IMG/VR virus record: IMGVR_UViG_3300032269_000125
Coordinates: 1-26,028 of that record
Strand: one strand, 5' to 3'
DNA: 26,028 nucleotides
DNA from: a virus
Lineage: Duplodnaviria > Caudoviricetes
Below are positions 1-7,265 of the stretch, piece by piece. The notes beneath the pieces are model-generated. The model did no database searches, had not been told where the DNA came from, and saw only the letters and a program-made list of their open reading frames with translations. Both the position numbers and the translations under genes were made by a program. Positions within the stretch are counted from its first letter, which is position 1; each line of letters begins with the position of its first letter.

Positions 1-1
1 C

Positions 2-175
2 AAAGAGCTGCATAATATTCTGAATGAAACCCAGCTCTCCCTTGCTGAAGCAAACGACAGGCTCAATCGTCGTTCTGAGCCGCTTAGTGAAGAGCGTATA
101 TATACGTTATATAGACGTAGCCTAGATTGGCGCCAACTGGCTAGAGACATAGAAGCAGATCACGATATTGAATGA
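2..175 (+). CDS. 3' end of hypothetical phage protein (5' truncated)
   Basis: Open frame from the window edge: KELHNILNETQLSLAEANDRLNRRSEPLSEERIYTLYRRSLDWRQLARDIEADHDIE, then TGA at 173-175, followed by a hairpin. Not in the supplied ORF track. Confidence 0.7.
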   Translation, partial: KELHNILNETQLSLAEANDRLNRRSEPLSEERIYTLYRRSLDWRQLARDIEADHDIE

Positions 176-184
176 AACTTGAAT

Positions 185-212
185 AAAAAAAGGGAGTATT
201 AAAACTCCCTTT
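185..212 (-). terminator. Intrinsic terminator, possibly bidirectional
   Basis: Perfect 9-bp stem AAAGGGAGT (189-197) / ACTCCCTTT (204-212) with a T-run on the - strand. It lies between two convergent ORFs. Confidence 0.8.
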
Positions 213-230
213 AATTAAGAAGCATAAAAT

Positions 231-503
231 TTATGCCACTCGCTCCCACACGATACCGTCTTCGTCTTCTACGATCTCTCCGATTTCGTATTCTTCGGAT
301 TCTTCGTCTTCGTCGATTTCGTCTTCGTCACACTGGTTGTATTCAAACTCTTCGGTGACATCATAGTCAACGCACCAGCCGTGCAACTGTTGAAACTCGA
401 TGAATTCTTGGATGATTGCAATCTTATCGAAGTCTTCTGTTTCGATAGTCACCATATCATTACCAAAGTCCCACTCAGAAATATCAATTTCGATCTTAAA
501 CAT
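231..503 (-). CDS. Small highly acidic hypothetical protein (90 aa)
   Basis: Start reassigned to ATG at 503 (MFKIEIDISEW...), preceded by an AGGGGA RBS. 34 of 90 residues are D/E against 3 K/R. A terminator follows. Confidence 0.75.
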   Translation of the reverse strand: MFKIEIDISEWDFGNDMVTIETEDFDKIAIIQEFIEFQQLHGWCVDYDVTEEFEYNQCDEDEIDEDEESEEYEIGEIVEDEDGIVWERVA

Positions 504-596
504 GTTTTCCCCTTGTAATGGCACAATTGCCAAGTAAAATCGTATACACCTTTTGTGACAATTCATAGATAAACAAAGACTAATTAAGGAAAGTAA

Positions 597-1058
597 ATGA
601 ACCTTTCAGCTAACTTTACTGACAAAGAACTTACAAGATCTGACACTGCATTACGTTTAGGAATTGACAACACCCCTGATGCTGAGATACTTAAAAACTT
701 AAAATTATTGTGCGAAAAAGTATTACAGCCTGTACGTGACCATTTTGGATCTGTTACCGTTAACTCTGGTTTTCGCAGTTCGGCTACAAATATAGCAACG
801 GGGGGATCTAAAACCTCAGATCATTGCCTTGGGAGAGCAGCCGACATAGAAATATTCGGAATACCCAACGCAGAGCTTGCCCAATGGATCATGGATAACT
901 TAGAATACACACAACTCATCCTTGAGTTTTACACCCCCGGCATCCCTGATAGCGGTTGGGTGCATGTGTCTTACGACCCGAACAACCTGAAAAAACAGGA
1001 ATTGACCGCCATGAAAGTTGCTGGTAAAACTGAATATGTTTCTGGTCTTATGGCCTAA
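597..1058 (+). CDS. Peptidase M15-family (M15A-like) zinc peptidase, probable endolysin
   Basis: Motifs LSANFT..EL, SGFRS, S-D-H-x2-G-x-AAD and WVHVS give the H, D, H zinc-ligand pattern of M15 peptidases. AAGGA RBS upstream. Confidence 0.9.
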   Translation: MNLSANFTDKELTRSDTALRLGIDNTPDAEILKNLKLLCEKVLQPVRDHFGSVTVNSGFRSSATNIATGGSKTSDHCLGRAADIEIFGIPNAELAQWIMDNLEYTQLILEFYTPGIPDSGWVHVSYDPNNLKKQELTAMKVAGKTEYVSGLMA

Positions 1059-1060
1059 TT

Positions 1061-3178
1061 ATGCCACTACAAAAAATACTGTTTAAACCGGGGGTAAACC
1101 GAGAGAACACTCGCTATACCAATGAAGGTGGTTGGTATGAGTCCGACAAGGTTCGGTTTCGTCAGGGCAATCCTGAAGTTGTTGGTGGGTGGGAGCCTTA
1201 CTCTGCGGCTACGTATCAAGGTGTATGCCGTTCATTGTGGAATTGGGTAACGCTTGGCGGCGACAATCTAATTGGCGTTGGCACAAACCTCAAGTTTTAT
1301 CTCAATCAAGGCGGTCTTTACTACGACATCACGCCCATTCGTGCGTCCTCTACGATTAACAATAACCCGTTTGCCTTAACCGCATCAACAACAGTTACAG
1401 TAACGGACACTTCTCATGGTTGCGTCACTGGAGATTTTGTAACATTTAGCGGTGCTGTTGCTATTGGTGGTGGGGGCACAAACGTTACGGCTGCGGTCTT
1501 GAATCAACAATTTCAAGTCACGGTTATCAATGCTAACAGCTACACAATCACAATTTCGGTAACACCCAATGCAACAGCTATTGCCGGTTCTCCCGGCGGC
1601 GGTGCTTCTGTTGTAGCCGCATACCAAATTAACGTTGGCCCTGTTATTCCCGCTCCTCTTGTGGGTTGGGGCGCTGGTAGTTGGGGTCAGACAGCTACAA
1701 CATGGGGTAACGGCGGGACATCTACGTCAGCACTTCGTTTATGGAACCAAATTAATTACGGTCAAGATCTAGTCTATGGCCCCCGCACAGGCGGTATTTA
1801 CTATTGGAATGCAACTAACACTGTAAGCACTCGTGGCGTATTGCTTAATTCCTTGGGCGGTACGGTATCCTTTACAAACGCTTCTCCTACGGCTGTTACT
1901 TCAACTGTTCTCTATACCGAAGGCGCTGCGCTTCAGTTCTCTGGCGGCTCGTTGCCAACTGGCGTGTCTGCGGCAACTACGTACTATGTGTATCAAGTTA
2001 ACGGACTTACATTTAACCTGTTAGATAGCTCTGGTGCAGTAGTCAATACAACCAGTTCAGGCACAGGTTCTGTATCTTTAATTGTGGATGTGCCTACCGT
2101 TCAAAACAACATAACGGTATCCGACAGTTCGCGTTTTGTAATTGCGTTTGGCTGTAACGACTACGGCTCTAGTGTGTTAGACCCCATGTTAATTCGCTGG
2201 TCAGCGCAGGATGACATCTACAATTGGACACCAGATCCTACAAACCAAGCAGGGTTTATACGTATATCTCATGGTTCTGAAATTGTAGGTATTGTACAAA
2301 CTCGTCAAGAGATTGTAGTGTTTACCGACTCGTCTGTATATTCACTTCAGTATCTTGGCCCTCCGTACGTTTGGGTTCCGCAGCTTCTTGGTGACAACAT
2401 CTCTATCATGAGCCCTAACGCGGCTGTGATTGCTTCAGGCATTGTGTACTGGATGGGTGTTGATAAGTTCTATATGTACGATGGACGCGTGCAAACGCTT
2501 AACTGCGATTTGCGCCGTTATATATTTAACGACCTTAACCAAGAGCAAGCATTGCAAGTGTTTGCGGGAACAAACGAAGGTTTCAATGAGGTCTGGTGGT
2601 TCTACTGCTCGGCTAATAGTACTACGGTGGACAGATACGTTATTTACAATTACCTTGAACATATTTGGTACTACGGCACAATGGAGCGAACAGCTTGGCT
2701 TGATTCTGGGTTACAGCAGGTTCCTATTGCCGCCAAGTACAACAGCACTGCAATTACGGGTAATTTGATTAACCATGAGACAGGTTTAAACGACAACACA
2801 ACCGGCACTGCGGCTGCAATTAATGCTTATATTAGCTCGTCTGAGTTTGATATTGGTGACGGTCATAACTTTGGTTTTGTCTGGCGCGTTTTACCTGATT
2901 TAAGTTTTGAAAATGCCACTAACAGCCCCGCCGCCGTTGCTCCACAGGTAACCATGACGTTGTACGGTCTGACTAATTCGGGCTCTGGGGTTACAAATAG
3001 TGCTAGTGGCACTGTTATAAAAGGTAGTACATACGTCATTACCGAAGAGTTTACAGGGCAGATATTTACCCGTATGCGCGGTCGCCAGATGATCTTTAAG
3101 ATTAGCTCCAACCAAATTAATACAACATGGCAACTGGGTGCACCTAGAATTGATATCCGTCCTGACGGCAGACGTTGA
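1061..3178 (+). CDS. Tail nozzle / tail-stabilisation-like structural protein with inserted beta-rich domains
   Basis: 705 aa with beta-propeller-like segments (IRWSAQDD...W...TNQAG; VYWMG..KFYMYDG.VQ.L.C; EVWWFY) typical of podovirus nozzle-like proteins. It carries two Thr/Val/Gly-rich inserts and sits just before the ejection genes. Confidence 0.7.
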   Translation: MPLQKILFKPGVNRENTRYTNEGGWYESDKVRFRQGNPEVVGGWEPYSAATYQGVCRSLWNWVTLGGDNLIGVGTNLKFYLNQGGLYYDITPIRASSTINNNPFALTASTTVTVTDTSHGCVTGDFVTFSGAVAIGGGGTNVTAAVLNQQFQVTVINANSYTITISVTPNATAIAGSPGGGASVVAAYQINVGPVIPAPLVGWGAGSWGQTATTWGNGGTSTSALRLWNQINYGQDLVYGPRTGGIYYWNATNTVSTRGVLLNSLGGTVSFTNASPTAVTSTVLYTEGAALQFSGGSLPTGVSAATTYYVYQVNGLTFNLLDSSGAVVNTTSSGTGSVSLIVDVPTVQNNITVSDSSRFVIAFGCNDYGSSVLDPMLIRWSAQDDIYNWTPDPTNQAGFIRISHGSEIVGIVQTRQEIVVFTDSSVYSLQYLGPPYVWVPQLLGDNISIMSPNAAVIASGIVYWMGVDKFYMYDGRVQTLNCDLRRYIFNDLNQEQALQVFAGTNEGFNEVWWFYCSANSTTVDRYVIYNYLEHIWYYGTMERTAWLDSGLQQVPIAAKYNSTAITGNLINHETGLNDNTTGTAAAINAYISSSEFDIGDGHNFGFVWRVLPDLSFENATNSPAAVAPQVTMTLYGLTNSGSGVTNSASGTVIKGSTYVITEEFTGQIFTRMRGRQMIFKISSNQINTTWQLGAPRIDIRPDGRR

Positions 3179-3193
3179 ACTAAAGTATTATAA

Positions 3194-3841
3194 ATGTCTT
3201 CTAAAAACCGCGTCATTGCTCCAGCTTCACCCAGCTTACCATTGGCTACAAATCAGTACGAACGGCGTTATCAAGACCAATTTACCAATATTTTGCGTTT
3301 GTACTTTAATCAGATACAAAATTCGTTTGGAGAATTGTTTGGTACTACTGGGGGTAAATACATAGGGTTTCCGTACGGGGCGTTTTCAGACTTTACGTCC
3401 CAAACAACTACAGTCAATACAGCTACGTTGATGGCCCTAAACACCACGGATTTTTCTAACACGGTGTCGTTGCGAACAGGGTCAAAGATAACGGTAGAAA
3501 GCGCTGGTATTTACAACTTGCAATTTAGCGCTCAGTTACAGAATTTAGATAATGCACCGCAAGACGTATTCATCTGGCTTAAACAAAATGGCACAGACAT
3601 AGTTGGTTCTACAGGAAAAGTTGGTATGCCCGCTAGAAAAAGTGCGGGTGTTCCGTTTCACGACATCAAAGGCTGGAACTACTTTTTGTCCATGAACGCA
3701 AACGACTACGTTCAGATTTACTGGTCTACAACTAATGCGTCTGTAACCATAGAAACTTATGCGGCTTCAGGCACGCCTACTAAGCCATCAACCGCCTCGG
3801 TAGTTGCCACACTTTCATTTGTGTCTGCGCTCCCCCCATGA
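3194..3841 (+). CDS. Putative virion structural protein with C-terminal C1q/TNF-like beta-sandwich
   Basis: N-terminal helix (QFTNILRLYFNQI) followed by ITVESAGIYNLQFSAQL...VFIWLKQNG...ANDYVQIYW, a pattern resembling C1q-like jelly rolls. Located in the tail cluster. Confidence 0.6.
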   Translation: MSSKNRVIAPASPSLPLATNQYERRYQDQFTNILRLYFNQIQNSFGELFGTTGGKYIGFPYGAFSDFTSQTTTVNTATLMALNTTDFSNTVSLRTGSKITVESAGIYNLQFSAQLQNLDNAPQDVFIWLKQNGTDIVGSTGKVGMPARKSAGVPFHDIKGWNYFLSMNANDYVQIYWSTTNASVTIETYAASGTPTKPSTASVVATLSFVSALPP

Positions 3842-3847
3842 TAAACT
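3819..3847 (+). promoter_or_regulatory. Possible sigma70-type promoter for the ejection-protein genes
   Basis: TTGTGT (3819-3824), 17-nt spacer, TAAACT (3842-3847) with an extended -10 TG. It ends 28 nt before the ATG at 3876. Confidence 0.35.
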
Positions 3848-3875
3848 CGATCAACCCCCATATAAAGAGGCAACC

Positions 3876-6800
3876 ATGAGTCTAAAAGATGCCGCACAAT
3901 ATTTAGCTGCCCAAGGGCGTAATGGCGATAGTACGCTTGTTCATATGACGCCGCGTGAAATACACGGGATGCAGCAACTTGCTCAATCAAAGGGGGGATC
4001 ACTTACTATTAATCCGCATACTGGTCTAGTTGAAGCAAATTTTTTTGACGAACTTGGAAAAGTTGCAGAAAAAGTCGCACCTTATGCAGCCGCTTATTTT
4101 TTAGGTCCAGAAGTTGCTGGAGGACTTGGTGTTTCTGAAGCCGTTGGCGCTGGTATTGCCGCAGGTGGAACATCCTTTGCTATGACAGGTAGTTTAGAAA
4201 AAGGCTTAAAAACTGGTCTTACCGCTTATGGCCTAGCTGGACTTGGCAACGCTGCTATGAATGGTATTGATAGTGCCAGCTCTGCGGCGGCGCAAAAAGC
4301 TGCCGCAGAAATTGCCGCATCGGGACTTGATGCGGGCGGTGCTGAGATGTCAAGAGCTATGACGGCAGCGCAAGAAGCAGGCGCAAATCAAACCATAGCC
4401 GATACAATTAAATCCGGTGTAAAAGGCATAGCTGCTCTTGGCCCTAAAGATTTATTGAAATATGGTTCGGCTGTTGCTGGGCCAATACTTTCAAGTTTAG
4501 CCAATAAAAAAGAAAAAGATAGCATGCCTTCATCAGGCCTGTCCGACAGCGGATACATTCGCCAATATTATTTTGACCCCAAATCACAAACACTTAAACC
4601 ACTTTCACCTGTACGCGCTAAAGATTGGGGCAGTACTACATTTGAAAGCCGAGTACCCTATCTTCCAAATTCAGTAGGTTACGCTATAGGTGGAATGGTT
4701 GTGGGTGGGGCGAGCAATGATGGCATGGCTGGTGGTGGTCCAATGACGGGGTCAAGAAGTCCTTATGATTTTCAACAAAATAATGAACCAGTAGCGCGCA
4801 TGGCTGATGGCGGTACACCACCGCAAACCGTTGAAGATCTATACACAAGCATCCTTGGTCGCCCCTCAGATGCGGGCGGTAAAGAATATTGGCAACAACG
4901 GTTTGGTGACACTGTTGATGCAAACGAATTGGCTGAATTTAAACAAGGAGCTGCTCCAGAATTACAAAGAATGGCTGATGCCGCACCAAAATCAATTAGC
5001 GATTTATACACAAGCATCCTTGGTCGCGCACCTGATACGGGTGGCGAAAAATATTGGCAACAACAGTTTGGTGACACTATTGATGCAAACGAATTAGCTA
5101 CATTTAAACAAGCAGCCGCTCCAGAATTACAAAGTGTATTATCGGATAAAGTTGCGAATATTTACCGAACCGCACTTGGTCGCGATCCTGATCCCGGCAG
5201 CTTGCAATATTGGGCAAACTACGCAAAACAAACTGGCGCAGGAGTTAATGATTTATACAACACAATATTGTCGGGTGCAAAAGAAAATAAAGAATTAGTT
5301 AACCCTAATGCAACATATCCATCGGCAATTGCTAACTATACAGGATACAAATCTTCTGAAGCAAATCAAAACGCAGATGAATGGATACGCAACGTTCTTG
5401 GTCGCGAAGTAACTGATGCCGACCGTCAGCAGCAGTGGTACAAAGACGCCACAAGTGCATCAGCAAATAATATTAATAATATTGGAGACATTTATGGGCA
5501 GTTTAAAAATTACGCAACTAGCGTAGCTGCGGAAACGACTGCGGAAAAAGTAGCACAAGCCCGTCGGACTCTTGCAGCCAATGGATTGACCGATGCCGAT
5601 GTCAAGGCTCGAACTGGTAAAACTATTGAAGAGTTAGTTGGTAAGCCAAGAACTGACTTAGATCTTATGCACGCTTCCCAATTGATGGCGCCATCTTCAT
5701 TCAATTTTGGATCTTTAAGGGGTGGTGTAAGTACTACTGGTGGCGGGCGCACTACGGATACTTATACGGGCGGAGTAACTACAACGCCAACCACATACGC
5801 TCCAGAAGGCACAAAAAACCCATACGGCAACTACATCAACCCCGGTGACGTTACGATTAATCGTAATGGTTCACGCACTGTAACACCCAATATTCCCGGT
5901 CGCCCATATGGTGGTTTTACTGGTATGGGACAAGTTCGTGATGCATATACCGCTGGCGGTGGAAAACTTGGTCAAATACTTACACCATCAACAGCATATA
6001 AAAATACAGGCGCATCTGCCGACATTTATAAATATTTGATGGGCCAAGGAAATTACCCAACACAAGAAAACAACATAAATAAAGTTTCCCGGTATTACGG
6101 GGGTAGAGTGCCTGTGACATCAGACCCCACAAACAAAAATTGGGTAAATCCCACAACAGGTTTATATGAACTTAATCCGAACTACGTTGCTCCCGCAGCA
6201 AATGGCGGTTTAATGCAAGCTTATGCTAGTGGTGGCACAACATCCCAAGATGGCTCAAATAAAAAGGATAACAAAACTACTCAAGGTAGCTATGAATTTG
6301 ATGCAAAAACAGGAAAGCTGAAATTTATTCCTGCATCTAGAGGCGCTGGAGATGTCACAGGTAAAACCCAAGCAAAAACAGATGCGTTTTTTGACAACAT
6401 GACGCCCGAGCAACAAGCAGAACATCAAGCGCAACTCGCAATGATTGATCAAGGTTTAACTCCTATGGCAATCAAATTTTTACTACAACTAAAAGATTCA
6501 ATTCTTTACAAACCAAAAGATGAGCCGCTTGCTCCTGTAGAAGATATGAGTACTATGTCTCCTGCTGCTCAAGCATTGAGCGATTCTATTGCTGCTCATG
6601 AGGGTTTGGCTGCAGCCAATACTATTGGCGGTCTTACTGCTGCTCATGAGGCTTTGTCTAAAGCCAATGTTGATAGCGGTCTTACTACTGCCGCTATCTC
6701 TGGTGGCGGTGGCAACCCCGGCGGTATTGGCATTGGTGCTAATGGTGTAAATGGAAGTGCTGGCACTGCTTCGTCCGCCACATCCGCTGCAATGGGTGGT

Positions 6801-7256
6801 CTATCTCCGGAGTTTAATCGCCATATGGCATCCGGCGGTCTTTCTGATGCTTATGCTTCAGGCGGAGTAAGCGGTCATTTGCGATCTCCCCATGCCTTTT
6901 TCCAAAATGGCAAATACAGTTTTCATTCTCCACAAATATATGCAAGGGGCGGTCTCTCTAACGACCAGTACAACCTTGGCTCTTACTCAGATGGCGGTCG
7001 CCTCTTACGCGGCCCCGGAGATGGCGTGTCTGACTCTATTCCAGCCACTATTGGCAAAGGTCAACCTGCACGTTTAGCTGACGGCGAATTTGTTGTACCT
7101 GCACGTATAGTTTCTGAAATAGGTAACGGATCAACTGAAGCTGGCGCACGCAAGCTTTATGCAATGATGGACAGAATTCAAGCAGCTCGTGGCAAAACTG
7201 TGGGCAAAGGCAAGGTAGCTGTAAATACCAAAGCAGATAAATATCTTCCTAAATAA
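3876..7256 (+). CDS. Putative ejection/internal virion protein with DUF4214-like (S-layer-type) repeats
   Basis: Start reassigned to ATG 3876 (GAGG RBS). N-terminal GRNGDSTLVHMTPRE...TINPHTGLVEA module, then a Gly/Ala hydrophobic stretch and four LY..ILGR.PD..G..YW-type repeats. The C-terminal GPGDGVSDSIPA...LADGEFVVPA module resembles those of tape-measure/ejection proteins. Confidence 0.7.
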   Translation: MSLKDAAQYLAAQGRNGDSTLVHMTPREIHGMQQLAQSKGGSLTINPHTGLVEANFFDELGKVAEKVAPYAAAYFLGPEVAGGLGVSEAVGAGIAAGGTSFAMTGSLEKGLKTGLTAYGLAGLGNAAMNGIDSASSAAAQKAAAEIAASGLDAGGAEMSRAMTAAQEAGANQTIADTIKSGVKGIAALGPKDLLKYGSAVAGPILSSLANKKEKDSMPSSGLSDSGYIRQYYFDPKSQTLKPLSPVRAKDWGSTTFESRVPYLPNSVGYAIGGMVVGGASNDGMAGGGPMTGSRSPYDFQQNNEPVARMADGGTPPQTVEDLYTSILGRPSDAGGKEYWQQRFGDTVDANELAEFKQGAAPELQRMADAAPKSISDLYTSILGRAPDTGGEKYWQQQFGDTIDANELATFKQAAAPELQSVLSDKVANIYRTALGRDPDPGSLQYWANYAKQTGAGVNDLYNTILSGAKENKELVNPNATYPSAIANYTGYKSSEANQNADEWIRNVLGREVTDADRQQQWYKDATSASANNINNIGDIYGQFKNYATSVAAETTAEKVAQARRTLAANGLTDADVKARTGKTIEELVGKPRTDLDLMHASQLMAPSSFNFGSLRGGVSTTGGGRTTDTYTGGVTTTPTTYAPEGTKNPYGNYINPGDVTINRNGSRTVTPNIPGRPYGGFTGMGQVRDAYTAGGGKLGQILTPSTAYKNTGASADIYKYLMGQGNYPTQENNINKVSRYYGGRVPVTSDPTNKNWVNPTTGLYELNPNYVAPAANGGLMQAYASGGTTSQDGSNKKDNKTTQGSYEFDAKTGKLKFIPASRGAGDVTGKTQAKTDAFFDNMTPEQQAEHQAQLAMIDQGLTPMAIKFLLQLKDSILYKPKDEPLAPVEDMSTMSPAAQALSDSIAAHEGLAAANTIGGLTAAHEALSKANVDSGLTTAAISGGGGNPGGIGIGANGVNGSAGTASSATSAAMGGLSPEFNRHMASGGLSDAYASGGVSGHLRSPHAFFQNGKYSFHSPQIYARGGLSNDQYNLGSYSDGGRLLRGPGDGVSDSIPATIGKGQPARLADGEFVVPARIVSEIGNGSTEAGARKLYAMMDRIQAARGKTVGKGKVAVNTKADKYLPK
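4836..5134 (+). repeat. In-frame tandem duplication, 165-bp period
   Basis: 4836-4969 versus 5001-5134 differ at about 17 of 134 bp by eye. They encode two DUF4214-like units. Confidence 0.95.
6591..6686 (+). repeat. In-frame 48-bp tandem repeat, two copies
   Basis: Encodes AAHEGLAAANTIGGLT / AAHEALSKANVDSGLT. GCTGCTCATGAG occurs at 6591 and 6639. Confidence 0.85.
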
Positions 7257-7265
7257 GGAAAAGAC

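Noticed and set aside
533-561. Promoter for the acidic minus-strand gene (TTGTCA, 17 nt, TTTACT)
   Set aside because: The -35 is good but the -10 lacks the conserved A at position 2, which is too weak to call.
4836-5134. 165-bp repeat pair as a diversity-generating retroelement TR/VR
   Set aside because: Mismatches are not adenine-specific, both copies are in-frame in one gene, and no reverse transcriptase is in the window.
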